Assembly (NCBI GenBank): GCA_031270865.1
Contig: JAISWI010000094.1
Location: 8,001 to 72,000, forward strand
Source: Oscillospiraceae bacterium
Lineage (GTDB): Bacteria > Bacillota > Clostridia > Christensenellales > Aristaeellaceae
Direction: 5' to 3'
Length of the DNA stretch: 64,000 nt
Positions 1-9,881 of this stretch are shown piece after piece (the first letter of the stretch is position 1; the number at the start of each line of letters is the position of its first letter). Made by a program: the position numbers and the translations under genes. Under the pieces are notes generated by a model. The model saw nothing but the letters and a program-made list of their open reading frames with translations. It ran no database searches and had not been told where the DNA came from.

Positions 1-419
1 TTGCATTCCAGCACTACGGGATTAACCGTGCCCGTCGTCTCGCCGATCTCCGGGGTGGTATCCAGCATGTATTGGACCGCGCCCATGAATCCCGCTCCGA
101 CCGACAGCGTGTTGGTCAGCACGAGCGGGGTCTCCAGCGAGCCAAGCTCCGTGATCTGCATCAGCCCGGCGCTCTTGCCAAACCCGTTGATCACGTGCGC
201 CCCCGCCGGAAATTTCAGCCTGAACGGATGCCCGTCTCCCGGCGTTATTACGGTAACGCCAGTGCGCAGCGCGCGCTTCGGCTCATCCAGGCGGCCGCGA
301 ATGTCCACATGCGCCACGCGCACGCCGGGCACGTCGGTGATCAGGTTGCGCGGCCCGCGCCGGAACCGCGCGTGCAGCCCCTCAACCAATTGGAACGGAA
401 ACGCCGCCGTCAGCCCCAT
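1..419 (-). CDS. DmpA/S58-family (P1) aminopeptidase, N-terminal part; gene runs off the left edge
   Basis: Not in the ORF track because there is no stop inside the window. Manual minus-strand translation from the ATG at 419-417 gives MGLTAAFPFQLVEGLHARFRRGPRNLITDVPGVRVAHVDIRG...RTGVTVITPGDG...INGFGKSAGL. The NxITDVxGVxV-H and TGVTVI pattern is typical of DmpA-like peptidases. There is a 13-nt gap after the dppA-like stop. Confidence 0.6.
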   Translation of the reverse strand, partial: MGLTAAFPFQLVEGLHARFRRGPRNLITDVPGVRVAHVDIRGRLDEPKRALRTGVTVITPGDGHPFRLKFPAGAHVINGFGKSAGLMQITELGSLETPLVLTNTLSVGAGFMGAVQYMLDTTPEIGETTGTVNPVVLEC

Positions 420-432
420 GCGGCCACCGCCA

Positions 433-1281
433 TCACAGGATGAACCTGAACGCCGTCATAACGTCCATCCAGTCGCTGGCCTCGAAGCGGATCGTCTTCT
501 CGTCGACGCGCTTCGCCCCGGGGTACTGGCTGTTCTTCAGCGCCTTCGCGTGCTGGGTATAGCGGATTATCACCTCATAGCTATCCGCCAGCGGCGCGAG
601 GCATTCCTTGCCGCTCCGCGCGAATCCCTTCACCGCCGATCTCATCCCGTCGTGTACGCGCTCGACCGCGTCCAGCGGGTGCAGGCTGATAGACGCTCCG
701 CCGCGCCCCTCGCTGACCGCGACGGTGGTCAGGCCGGGTATCCACGCCTTGGCCGACTCGCACAGCGCCCGGTCGCCGCTGAGGAATATCACCGGGACGC
801 CCAGGCGCGAGGCGTACAGGCTGTTGATCATGAACTCGCTGGCGCGAGAGCCGTTGACGAAGATCTCGTAAAGCGTGCCGTTCATTGTATGCGCGAGTGG
901 GTTGCCCTTATCATAGGCCGGGGAGTGGTAACCCGTGCACGCGAACGCGTCGAACGCGCCCGCCCGGGTTCCCGTCGCGGGATCGGTGAAGTCCCCGTCC
1001 AGCGCGTCGGCCATCGAGCCTAACGCGCCGCTCCAGTCGCGGCTCACCAGAACGCCGCGCGGCAGTTCCAGCGGGATCAGGTTGCGCCCCGAGTCGTGCG
1101 CGTCCTTGACCAGCACCAGCGACGCGCCGGCCTCCCGCGCCCCGCGGCACGCGGCCGCGACCTCGCGGCTCATCTGTTCGCGAAAGTATTGGTACAGCGG
1201 GCCGGACTTATCCGGCGTGGTCTCGTCCCAGTGCGCGATACCGGCGGTACCCTCGATATCGCTGGATATAAACAGCTTCAT
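433..1281 (-). CDS. dppA: D-aminopeptidase DppA-like (peptidase M55)
   Basis: MKLFISSDIEGTAGIAHWDE...VLVKDAHDSGRNL...FLSGD matches the M55 DppA family. I chose the ATG at 1281 because GGAGG lies 8 nt upstream; the track's TTG at 1299 would contain that SD. Confidence 0.8.
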   Translation of the reverse strand: MKLFISSDIEGTAGIAHWDETTPDKSGPLYQYFREQMSREVAAACRGAREAGASLVLVKDAHDSGRNLIPLELPRGVLVSRDWSGALGSMADALDGDFTDPATGTRAGAFDAFACTGYHSPAYDKGNPLAHTMNGTLYEIFVNGSRASEFMINSLYASRLGVPVIFLSGDRALCESAKAWIPGLTTVAVSEGRGGASISLHPLDAVERVHDGMRSAVKGFARSGKECLAPLADSYEVIIRYTQHAKALKNSQYPGAKRVDEKTIRFEASDWMDVMTAFRFIL

Positions 1282-1344
1282 CCCATCAGCCTCCAACAAC
1301 TTACTGTATACCGATCTCCTCCGCGTGTCAAGCGCGGCGAGGCG

Positions 1345-4300
1345 TCAGCGGTAATAATCCACGCCGCCCTCGAATATGGGCTGGTAAGCGTCCCGCGCCA
1401 CATTCATATATAAACCGCGCCCGGCGCGTTCGCTGTGCCCCATTTTGCCCAATATCCTGCCGTCCGGCGACGTTATGGCCTCCACCGCGCCATATGAGCC
1501 GTTCGGGTTGAACGGCGCGGCCATCGCCGGCATGCCGTCCAGTCCGACATACTGCGCGGCGATTTGCCCGGACGCGGCCAGCCGCTCATATTGTTCAGGC
1601 GATATAACGAACCGACCCTCGCCGTGCGACACCGCGACGGTATGGATATCGCCGACCGCGCACCGCGACAGCCACGGCGACAGGTTCGACGCGACGCGCG
1701 TTCGAACGAGCATGCTCTGATGCCGCCCGATCACGTTGTATGTCAGTGTCGGCGAGGACGCGTCCTGCGCGCGAATCCCGCCGAACGGGACCAATCCCAG
1801 CTTTACCAGCGCCTGGAAACCGTTGCAGACGCCCAGCGTCAGCCCTTCGCGCAGGAACTCTCCCAACGCCCCGCCGACAGTCGGGTTGCGCAGGAACGCG
1901 AGGATCAGCTTGGCCGACCCGTCCGGCTCGTCGCCGCCGGAGAATCCGCCTGGCAGCACGATCATCTGTGAATTCCTGATCAGGCTGGCGGCTCGTCCCG
2001 CGCTTTCCACAATCTCCGTCGGCGTGAGGTTGCGTATCACCTGAATTACGGGCATGGCCCCGGCGCGTTCCAACGCGCGGGCTGTGTCCTCCTCGCAGTT
2101 CGTGCCGGGGAATACGGGAATCCACGCGCGCGGCCGCGCGAACCCGCCCGAGCGCGTGACGCTCCGCCGAACGAACGACAGCGGCGCGGCGGGCGCGGAA
2201 TCCTTGCCCGCCTGTCTGGGAAACACGCCCTCCAGCGTCGCGTCGTACGGAACGGCCAGCTCCGCCAGCGTCAGCGAATCGCTCCCTATCATTATAATAG
2301 GCTCCGCGATCGTCTCGCCGACCGCCAGCATGCCCGGCAGATCGTCAACTATCGCTCCATCCCGCAGCGCGAGCAGTATCGCGCCCGGCGTTTCCTCGAA
2401 CAGCGCGTCCGCTCCACACTCAACGCGCGAGCCTACGCCGTTCCCGACGCCCATCTTGAACAGCGCCTCGGCCAGCCCGCCCGGACCCAGCGTCCACGCC
2501 GCGTCCAGCTTGCCCGACTTCGCCAGCCGCTCTATCCCGTCCAGCGTGGTTATAAATCCATCAGGATCAACGAGCGGGTTTACGCCCACGCGTACCAGCC
2601 GTAAGCCCTTGCCGCCGGCGACGGGCTTTAGCTCGTTCGATACGATCCGCTGGATCGAACCCGCCCCCACCGCGAACGCGACCAGCGTTGGCGGCACGTC
2701 CATCCCCTCGAAACTGCCCGACATGCTGTCCTTGCCGCCGATGGCCGCGACCCCCAGCGCCACTTGCGCGGCCAGCGCCCCCAGCAGCGCGGCCAGCGGC
2801 TGACCCCAACGCGCTGGATCGCCGCCCAATCTGGGGAAATATTCCTGAAGCGTCAGGTACAGGCGCGACCGCTCGAAGCCCGCCGCGACAAGCTTCATCA
2901 CCGCCTCGCAGACCGCGAGGTAGGCTCCGCCGTACGCTCCGCGCTCCATCCACTCCGGTTGGAACCCGCACGCCATGCCCGAGCAAGCGTCCGTCACGCC
3001 AGCGACCGGGAACCTCGCCGCCATAAACTGCGACGGCGTACGCTGGAACCGCCCGCCGAACGGCATGATAACCGTGCCCGCGCCGATCGTGCTGTCAAAC
3101 CGTTCCGCCAATCCCTGCTGCGAGCATACGTTAAGGCTGGATAACAGTGACGCGAAACGCGGCTTTATCGGCGTGTTCTCACCAATCGGGGGCTTGCCGA
3201 ACATGGGTTTCCCCGCCGGGACGACCGCGGAGGCGCGGCGTTTCGCGCCATTGGCGTTAAGGAACGCGCGATCCAAATCCGCGACGGTCTGGCCGCGCCA
3301 GCGCATCACCAATCGGGGCGATTCGGTCACGACGGCTACGGGCGTCGCTTCCAGATTCTCACCCCGCGCGAAGTCCAGCATAGCGTCCGCGTCGCCCGGC
3401 GCGACCACCACCGCCATGCGTTCCTGACTCTCGCTGACCGCAAGCTCCGTGCCGTCCAGCCCGTCATACTTGCGCGGCACCGCGTCCAGCGCGATATCCA
3501 GCCCGTCGGCCAGCTCGCCTATCGCGACGCAGACGCCGCCCGCGCCGAAATCGTTGCATCGCTTGATAAGCCGCGCCGCTTCCGGCGTTTGGAACAGCCG
3601 CTGCAGCTTACGCTCGGTCGGCGCGTTGCCCTTTTGTACCTCCGCGCCGCAGCTGGCCAGGCTGGACAGCGCGTGCGCCCGGCTTGAGCCAGACGCCCCG
3701 CCGACGCCGTCGCGCCCGGTGCGCCCGCCGATCAGCAATACTATGTCGCCCGGCTCCGGCCTCAGCCGCCTGACATTCCTCACCGGAACCGCGCCGACGA
3801 CCGCGCCCAGCTCCAGCCGCTTGGCGGCATAGCCGGGATGGTAGAATTCGCGGACATGTCCCGTCGCCAGCCCGATCTGGTTGCCGTACGAGCTGAACCC
3901 GGCGGCGGCGGTTTGGGTCAGCTTGCGCTGCGGGAGTTTGCCCGGCAGCGTCCGCGAGACCGGCTCGGTCGGGTCGCCCGCGCCCGTGACGCGCATCGCG
4001 TGGTATACCCGCGCCCGCCCGCTTAGCGGGTCGCGGATCGCCCCGCCTACGCATGTCGCCGCGCCGCCGAACGGCTCGATCTCGGTCGGGTGGTTGTGCG
4101 TTTCGTTCTTGAATAATAACAGCCACTGTTGCTCCGCGCCGTCCTCGTCCACCGTAACGGGCACTGAGCACGCGTTGACCTCGTCGGATTCGTCCACGAG
4201 CGGCGGCTTGCCCAGCGCGGCCAGCGCCTTCGGCCCGAACGTCGCAAGCTCCATCAGCGTGGGCGGGCCGCCTTTCGCGCGGAGTTTCAGGAACAATTCA

Positions 4301-5037
4301 TAGGTTTCACGCGCCGCCGGGTCGTCGATCACGACCGAATCAAGCTCGGTCAGGAACGTGGTGTGGCGGCAGTGGTCGGACCAGTACGCGTCGAGTATCG
4401 CAAGCTCCGCGCGAGTCGGGTCGCGGCCTTCCGCGCGGTAATAATCCTGGCAGCACAACAGGTCCGCTGTCTCCAGCGACAAGCGCCGCTCGTCGATCCA
4501 GCGTCCCAGCGCGGATTCATCCCAATCGCGGAAACCGGACACGGTCTGGACCGGCGCTGGCTCAGGCTGGTCCACGGCCAGCGATTCGGGCAGATCAAAC
4601 GACGCCTCGCGGCTGTCCACCGGGTTCACGACATATTTTACCAGCGCGTCGCGACCCGCCCGCGAGATCTCCCCTTCCAATATATACACCCGCGCGGCGC
4701 GTACTAGCGGCCTTACCGACTGCGTGATCAGCTGGACGCACTCCGCCGCCGAGTCCGCGCGTTGGTCGAACTGCCCCGGCAGCGCCTCCCACGCGAACAC
4801 CTTCGACGGGTCGGCAGGCGGCAACCGCGCGTACGCCTCGTCCAGCGGCGGCTCGTAGAACACCAGCGGCGCGACGGCCGCGAACGTTTCCGGGTCCAGC
4901 CCCTCCACGTCGTAGCGGTTGAGCGCGCGTATCGACGTCAGCCCGGTCAGCCCCAACTGCTCCCGCGCGTCCCGCAGCAGCCGCTCCGCCTCGACCGCGT
5001 ACGGCGGCCTCTTCTCCGTGTATATACGGTTAACCAT
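1345..5037 (-). CDS. purL: Phosphoribosylformylglycinamidine synthase, large single-chain form
   Basis: About 1230 aa starting MVNRIYTEKRPPYAVEAERLL. It has the synthetase domains plus a C-terminal glutaminase (GVCNGFQALVKLGL...HGEGRF). The start at 5037 overlaps the purD stop by 8 nt; the upstream extension in the track is Arg-rich noise. Confidence 0.95.
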   Translation of the reverse strand: MVNRIYTEKRPPYAVEAERLLRDAREQLGLTGLTSIRALNRYDVEGLDPETFAAVAPLVFYEPPLDEAYARLPPADPSKVFAWEALPGQFDQRADSAAECVQLITQSVRPLVRAARVYILEGEISRAGRDALVKYVVNPVDSREASFDLPESLAVDQPEPAPVQTVSGFRDWDESALGRWIDERRLSLETADLLCCQDYYRAEGRDPTRAELAILDAYWSDHCRHTTFLTELDSVVIDDPAARETYELFLKLRAKGGPPTLMELATFGPKALAALGKPPLVDESDEVNACSVPVTVDEDGAEQQWLLLFKNETHNHPTEIEPFGGAATCVGGAIRDPLSGRARVYHAMRVTGAGDPTEPVSRTLPGKLPQRKLTQTAAAGFSSYGNQIGLATGHVREFYHPGYAAKRLELGAVVGAVPVRNVRRLRPEPGDIVLLIGGRTGRDGVGGASGSSRAHALSSLASCGAEVQKGNAPTERKLQRLFQTPEAARLIKRCNDFGAGGVCVAIGELADGLDIALDAVPRKYDGLDGTELAVSESQERMAVVVAPGDADAMLDFARGENLEATPVAVVTESPRLVMRWRGQTVADLDRAFLNANGAKRRASAVVPAGKPMFGKPPIGENTPIKPRFASLLSSLNVCSQQGLAERFDSTIGAGTVIMPFGGRFQRTPSQFMAARFPVAGVTDACSGMACGFQPEWMERGAYGGAYLAVCEAVMKLVAAGFERSRLYLTLQEYFPRLGGDPARWGQPLAALLGALAAQVALGVAAIGGKDSMSGSFEGMDVPPTLVAFAVGAGSIQRIVSNELKPVAGGKGLRLVRVGVNPLVDPDGFITTLDGIERLAKSGKLDAAWTLGPGGLAEALFKMGVGNGVGSRVECGADALFEETPGAILLALRDGAIVDDLPGMLAVGETIAEPIIMIGSDSLTLAELAVPYDATLEGVFPRQAGKDSAPAAPLSFVRRSVTRSGGFARPRAWIPVFPGTNCEEDTARALERAGAMPVIQVIRNLTPTEIVESAGRAASLIRNSQMIVLPGGFSGGDEPDGSAKLILAFLRNPTVGGALGEFLREGLTLGVCNGFQALVKLGLVPFGGIRAQDASSPTLTYNVIGRHQSMLVRTRVASNLSPWLSRCAVGDIHTVAVSHGEGRFVISPEQYERLAASGQIAAQYVGLDGMPAMAAPFNPNGSYGAVEAITSPDGRILGKMGHSERAGRGLYMNVARDAYQPIFEGGVDYYR

Positions 5038-6361
5038 CCATAACCTCCTCCCCCGCCAACTGTAACGCCTTCGCGCCGATATCCGCGCGGAAGCGCATCC
5101 CCTCGAACGATATCTCCCCGAGCGCGCCGTACGCGCGTCGCGACGCTTCCGCAAGCGTCGGCGCGGCCGCTGTCACGCCCAGAACGCGCCCGCCCGACGT
5201 AACCAGCCCAGCCGATCCATCCGCTGGGCGCGACACTCCAGCGTAATCTATTGTAACATCTCGGCGTTGTGTCGTCAATAGAAATATATCTTTCGGTTGT
5301 ATCGGCAGGCCCTTGCGGTAAGCGCCCGGGTAGCCGCCGCTGGCCGCGACTACACAGCACGCCGCGCCGCCGCTGAACCGAACGTCCGCGCTGTCCAGCG
5401 TACCGTTGCGGACGGATAACATTATATCCAGCAGGTCGCTCTCCAGCAGCGCGAGCGCGGCCTGAGCCTCCGGATCGCCAAACCTACAGTTGTATTCGAT
5501 AACCTTCGGCCCGTCGCCAGTCAGCATCAGCCCGATGAACAGGCATCCCTTGAACGGACAGCCCTCCTCGCGCATCGCCGCCAGCGTCGGTATGATTATC
5601 TCGCGCTCGATCCGGCTCAGCAGGTCAGGCGTAACCAGCGGATGCGGCGCGATCGCGCCCATGCCGCCGGTGTTCGGGCCTCGGTCGCCGTCGAACGCGC
5701 GTTTATGATCCATCGCGGCCGGCATTATCCGATAACGCTCGCCGTCGGTGAACAGCAGCAGCGACGCCTCGACGCCGCGCAGGTCCTCCTCGATCACCAC
5801 GCGAAGGCCCGCGCTGCCGAACTTCCCGTCCAGCATGGCCGCCCGCGCCGCTTCCTCCGCCTCGCCAACGGTCCGCGCCCCCACTACGCCCTTGCCCAGC
5901 GCCAGCCCGTCGGCCTTTATCCACACCGGCATGGGCGATTGCCTCACGAACGCCAGCGCGTCCTCCACTTCGTCGAACACGCGGTATCCGGCGGTAGGTA
6001 TACCGGCGCGGCGCATAAGCTCCTTCGCGAACGATTTGCTTCCCTCGATCCGCGCGGCGGCCTTCGTCGGCCCGAACGCCGCGACGCCCGCCGATTCCAG
6101 CGTGTCCACCAGTCCCAGGCACAGCGGGTCGTCCGGCGTGACTACGGCGAAGTCAACCAGGCGCGTCCGCGCGAATTCGACAATACTATCCAGGTCGGTC
6201 GCCGGTATGCCGACGCGCTCGACCGGGGCGCAGGCAGGGTCCAGCGCCATCCCCGCGTTGCCCGGCAGCGCGTATATCATCCCAACCGATGGGTTTAACC
6301 GCAGCTTGCGCGCGACGGCGTGCTCACGCCCGCCTGAGCCGACGACCAGCACAGTCAGCAA
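5030..6361 (-). CDS. purD: Phosphoribosylamine--glycine ligase
   Basis: MLTVLVVGSGGREHAVARKL..., ATP-grasp, ...GPKVIEYNCRFGDPE... Classic PurD. Confidence 0.95.
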   Translation of the reverse strand: MLTVLVVGSGGREHAVARKLRLNPSVGMIYALPGNAGMALDPACAPVERVGIPATDLDSIVEFARTRLVDFAVVTPDDPLCLGLVDTLESAGVAAFGPTKAAARIEGSKSFAKELMRRAGIPTAGYRVFDEVEDALAFVRQSPMPVWIKADGLALGKGVVGARTVGEAEEAARAAMLDGKFGSAGLRVVIEEDLRGVEASLLLFTDGERYRIMPAAMDHKRAFDGDRGPNTGGMGAIAPHPLVTPDLLSRIEREIIIPTLAAMREEGCPFKGCLFIGLMLTGDGPKVIEYNCRFGDPEAQAALALLESDLLDIMLSVRNGTLDSADVRFSGGAACCVVAASGGYPGAYRKGLPIQPKDIFLLTTQRRDVTIDYAGVSRPADGSAGLVTSGGRVLGVTAAAPTLAEASRRAYGALGEISFEGMRFRADIGAKALQLAGEEVMDG

Positions 6362-6388
6362 TCCAGCTCACCTCATAACCATTATTTG

Positions 6389-7510
6389 TCAATGATGGAA
6401 CAACCGCGTCCCCGTGAAACACAGCGTCATGTCATGCCTGTCGCACGCGGCGATCACGTCCGCGTCGCGCCTGGAACCGCCCGGCTCCGCGACATACCGG
6501 ACCCCGCTGCGCCGCGCCCGCTCGATGTTGTCGGAAAACGGGAAGTACGCGTCGCTGCCCAGCGACACGCCGTTTAGTTGTGATAACCATTCCCCGCGCT
6601 CGACGTGGGTGAGCGGTTCGGGCACGGCTCCGACGAACAGCGACGGGTCGAGCGGCTCGCCGCCTAGATACAGGTCTATCGCGTTGTTGCGCTCAGGGCG
6701 CGGCAGGCCTTTCCTAAACGGCAGCGTCATCACGCGCGGATGCCGGCGCAGCCACCATCTGTCCGCCTTGTCGCCCGCCAGACGCGCGCAGTGGATGCGC
6801 GACTGCTGGCCCGCCCCAACGCCTATCGCCTGTCCATCCTTCACATAACACACCGAGTTGGATTGTGTGTATTTAAGTATCGCCAGCGACAGCAGCAGGT
6901 CGGCCGCCGCGCGGTCGGGCAGTGTTTTGTTGATACTTACTATATTATCCAACAGGTTTGGGGTGATCGGCGCGTCGTTGCGCCCGGCCTCGAACGTCAC
7001 GCCGAACACCTGCCGACGCTCGATTGGCTCCGGCTCGTAGTCGGGGTCGATCCGAAGCGTACAGTACGCGCCGTCGCGTTTCGCGCGGAGTATCGCCAAC
7101 GCCCCTTTGGTGTATCCCGGCGCGATCACTCCATCCGATACTTCACGCTTTATAACGTTCGCCGTGTCCTCGTCGCACTCGTCGGACAGCGCGATGAAAT
7201 CCCCGAATGAGGACATCGGGTCGGAGTCCCTCGCCAGCAGGTAAGCCTGGCACAACGGCGAGTGCCTGCCCACCACAACCTCACGCGCGACCGCCGCTCC
7301 CGCCGGGGAAACATGCTTGAATGACGCGGCGGCCGGACGGCTCGCTATCCTTTTCATCTCGCGCGCCAGCTGCCATCCGTTCAGCGCGTCCATCAGGTTG
7401 ATATAGCCGGGCCTGCCGCTCTCGACCGTCAGCGGCAGCGCGTCCTCGCGGAATACCCGCGCCGGCTTCTGATGCGGGTTAAGCCCATACTTCAGGTGAA
7501 GTTCCGTCAT
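6389..7510 (-). CDS. purH: AICAR formyltransferase (stand-alone PurH transformylase domain)
   Basis: MTELHLKYGLNPHQKPA...FKHVSPAGAA...GAGQQSRIHC...GSDAYFPF...TGTRLFHH. There is no MGS-like IMP cyclohydrolase domain. Confidence 0.9.
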   Translation of the reverse strand: MTELHLKYGLNPHQKPARVFREDALPLTVESGRPGYINLMDALNGWQLAREMKRIASRPAAASFKHVSPAGAAVAREVVVGRHSPLCQAYLLARDSDPMSSFGDFIALSDECDEDTANVIKREVSDGVIAPGYTKGALAILRAKRDGAYCTLRIDPDYEPEPIERRQVFGVTFEAGRNDAPITPNLLDNIVSINKTLPDRAAADLLLSLAILKYTQSNSVCYVKDGQAIGVGAGQQSRIHCARLAGDKADRWWLRRHPRVMTLPFRKGLPRPERNNAIDLYLGGEPLDPSLFVGAVPEPLTHVERGEWLSQLNGVSLGSDAYFPFSDNIERARRSGVRYVAEPGGSRRDADVIAACDRHDMTLCFTGTRLFHH

Positions 7511-7519
7511 GCTAACCTC

Positions 7520-8263
7520 TCAAAGCGCCTGAGGCGCGTCCGGCCACGGCCTGGCGTTGACAACGCGCGTGGATTCCTCCCCGCCGTCCAACGGTATGAA
7601 CCTGGTCAGCAGCGCGACGCGGTTCTCCGGGTTCAGCGCCGACCACAGCATGCGCGTACAGTCCTCCAGATCGTTCATTATGCTCACCGAGAACGGCTCG
7701 CCCTCGAACGGCGGCAGCGGATACCCGTCGCCCAGGTATGTGTGGATGAAGTGCCCCTCGCCCGCGATGCCCTCATACTCGAAGAACGAGCGCATGGTGG
7801 TCCCGCCCCGGTTGCGCAGCAGCGCGAAGCGGTACGCCAGTTTCCCGCCGCTGACCGTGGCCAGCGCGCTTATCCTTGGGGTGAAATGCGGCGCGTCCGG
7901 CTCGAAGTCCCATTCGCGCAGCGCGTCCTCGAACGTCCCGCCGCTCTCCAGGCTCCGCGCGATGGTTTCGGTCTGCGCCCCGTTCGTCAGGATGGTATGC
8001 CCCTTCGCCCGCGCCAGCGCGGTATAGATGATCAGCGACGGGTCGCCGACCAGCCGCGCGTCGATCGCCCGGGTTACGATCCTGCCGCCCTCCTCGACCA
8101 GCGCGCGGTTTCGGCTGCGCTCGCTGCGCCCCAGCACGAAATAGCTAAGCGCGGCGTTCCTGCCGTCGGGGGTCAGCCCAACGGCGGCGCCGCGCCCTGG
8201 ATACGGGTTGCTGGCCAGCAAGGTTGTCAAGCTTTCCATTTGCTCCACTCCAAATTCCTGCAT
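7520..8263 (-). CDS. IMP cyclohydrolase, PurO-like (archaeal type)
   Basis: ...NPYPGRGAAVGLTPDG...YFVLGRSERSRNR...IIYTA...TNGAQTE...TPRISA... resembles PurO. The start is either the ATG at 8263 (MQEF) or at 8239 (MESL). Both lie inside the purN 3' end. The 438-aa ORF in the track is an artefactual upstream extension. Confidence 0.8.
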   Translation of the reverse strand: MQEFGVEQMESLTTLLASNPYPGRGAAVGLTPDGRNAALSYFVLGRSERSRNRALVEEGGRIVTRAIDARLVGDPSLIIYTALARAKGHTILTNGAQTETIARSLESGGTFEDALREWDFEPDAPHFTPRISALATVSGGKLAYRFALLRNRGGTTMRSFFEYEGIAGEGHFIHTYLGDGYPLPPFEGEPFSVSIMNDLEDCTRMLWSALNPENRVALLTRFIPLDGGEESTRVVNARPWPDAPQAL

Positions 8264-8820
8264 AATTTGCGAACCTCGCGCGGCAGAAGTTCCCATTCGG
8301 CCTGCTCCATCACGCGCTCGCTCAGCTTCTGGGGCGTGTCGCCGGGCAGCACGGGCACGGCCTTCTGAGCGAGTATCGGCCCGCCGTCCGGCTCCTCGGT
8401 GACCAGGTGCACAGTCGCGCCCGTCACCTTGACGCCCCGCGCCAGCGCCGCCTCGTGCACCTTCAACCCGTAGAAACCCTTCCCGCCGAAGGACGGCAGC
8501 AGCGCCGGATGAATGTTGACGATGCGCCCCGCGTACGCGCCGACGACCTCCGGCGGCAGGATCGTCAGGTATCCGGCCAGCGCGACCAGCCCTATCCGGA
8601 ACTCGCCCAGCGTCTCCAGCATCTTTCCAGCGAACGCGTCGCCCAGCTTCTTTCGCGAGACGACGCGGGTAGGTATCCCCGCCGAGCGCGCGCGCTCCAG
8701 CGCGTGGACGCCGCCCCGGCTGGCTATCACCAGCTCGATCCGCCCGAACGGGTTCTCCGCGTCCATCAGCGCCTGCAGGTTGGTGCCGCCCCCCGACACC
8801 AGCACGGCAATCTTTATCAT
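8227..8820 (-). CDS. purN: Phosphoribosylglycinamide formyltransferase
   Basis: MIKIAVLVSGGGTNLQAL...NIHPALLPSFGG...GATVHLV. Confidence 0.93.
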   Translation of the reverse strand: MIKIAVLVSGGGTNLQALMDAENPFGRIELVIASRGGVHALERARSAGIPTRVVSRKKLGDAFAGKMLETLGEFRIGLVALAGYLTILPPEVVGAYAGRIVNIHPALLPSFGGKGFYGLKVHEAALARGVKVTGATVHLVTEEPDGGPILAQKAVPVLPGDTPQKLSERVMEQAEWELLPREVRKLCRNLEWSKWKA

Positions 8821-8855
8821 ACCGTAACCACCTCAAGTCAAACCGTTATGTCAGG

Positions 8856-9881
8856 CTACACGTATATCTCCCCGTCGCCAGGCGCGGTCTCGCCTAAAAC
8901 GTACGCCTCAACGCCGTTCGAGCGCAGGACGTCGACCGCGCGGTCCGCGTCCTCCCGCGCGACTATCACTCCCATGCCCAGCCCCATGTTGAACGTATTG
9001 AACATATCGCGGCTGGATATCTTGCCTTCATATTGAATTCTGCTGAATATTTCCTGCGCGCGCAGCTCGCTTCTGCTGATTCTCAGCGAGAATCCCGGCG
9101 CGAGCGCTCGGGGCAGGTTCTCGTAAAACCCGCCGCCGGTGATGTGCGCGGCGGAGCGTACGCCTTCCACGGATTCCAGCAGCGCGGTCATCGGTTTGGC
9201 GTAGACGCGCGTTGGGGTGAGCAGCTCGTCCAGCAGCGGCGTGTCGGCCAGCAGCGTTTCCTCCGGGAATATGCCGCGAATCAACGAGAACCCGTTAGAG
9301 TGAACGCCGGAGGACGGCAGCGCGACCAGCGCGTCCCCGGCCCGCATGCCGTCCGCCGGGAGCTTCCGCGCCGCGTCCAGTATCCCGACCGCGAATCCCG
9401 CCAAATCGTACTCATTCTCGCCATAGAAGCCGGGCATCTCGGCGGTTTCGCCGCCCAGCAGGGCGCATCCCGCCTGGACGCACCCATCAGCCACGCCCGA
9501 CACGATACGCTCGATCCGCTCGGGGTCCGTCCGCCCGGACGCGATGTAGTCAAGGAAGAACAGCGGCCTCGCGCCGCAGCACAGGATATCGTTGACGTTC
9601 ATCGCGACGCAGTCTATGCCGACCGTGTCGTGCCTGTCCGCCAGTATCGCCAGCTTCAGCTTTGTGCCCACGCCGTCCGCGCCGGCGGCCAGCATCCTCC
9701 CGCCGCCCAGATCGAACAATCCGCCGAAACCGCCCACGCCGCCGACCACGCCGGGTGTCCGCGCACGCTCGATGTGCCCGCGCATCAGGTCGATCGCGCG
9801 GTAGCCCGCCGTAACGTCCACGCCCGACCTGGCGTAGGCCGCGGAGCGGCTGTCCTTGCCGCGATTGATTGTGTCAGGCAT
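8856..9881 (-). CDS. purM: Phosphoribosylformylglycinamidine cyclo-ligase (AIR synthetase)
   Basis: ...AYARSGVDVTAGY...GGFGGLFDL...ADGVGTKLKLA...; overlaps the purF stop by 8 nt. Confidence 0.95.
   Translation of the reverse strand: MPDTINRGKDSRSAAYARSGVDVTAGYRAIDLMRGHIERARTPGVVGGVGGFGGLFDLGGGRMLAAGADGVGTKLKLAILADRHDTVGIDCVAMNVNDILCCGARPLFFLDYIASGRTDPERIERIVSGVADGCVQAGCALLGGETAEMPGFYGENEYDLAGFAVGILDAARKLPADGMRAGDALVALPSSGVHSNGFSLIRGIFPEETLLADTPLLDELLTPTRVYAKPMTALLESVEGVRSAAHITGGGFYENLPRALAPGFSLRISRSELRAQEIFSRIQYEGKISSRDMFNTFNMGLGMGVIVAREDADRAVDVLRSNGVEAYVLGETAPGDGEIYV

Noticed and set aside
1-1023. 340-aa plus-strand ORF at the left edge (plus nested ORFs 72-443 and 608-871)
   Set aside because: It lies antisense to the well-supported DmpA-like and DppA-like genes. 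The translation is Arg/Pro/Ala-rich low complexity, typical of the non-coding frames of GC-rich genes, and it has no SD.
7520-8836. 438-aa ORF spanning purN in another frame
   Set aside because: Only the C-terminal 247 aa or so resemble IMP cyclohydrolase. The N-terminal 190 aa are an Arg/Gly-rich read-through overlapping the genuine purN frame.
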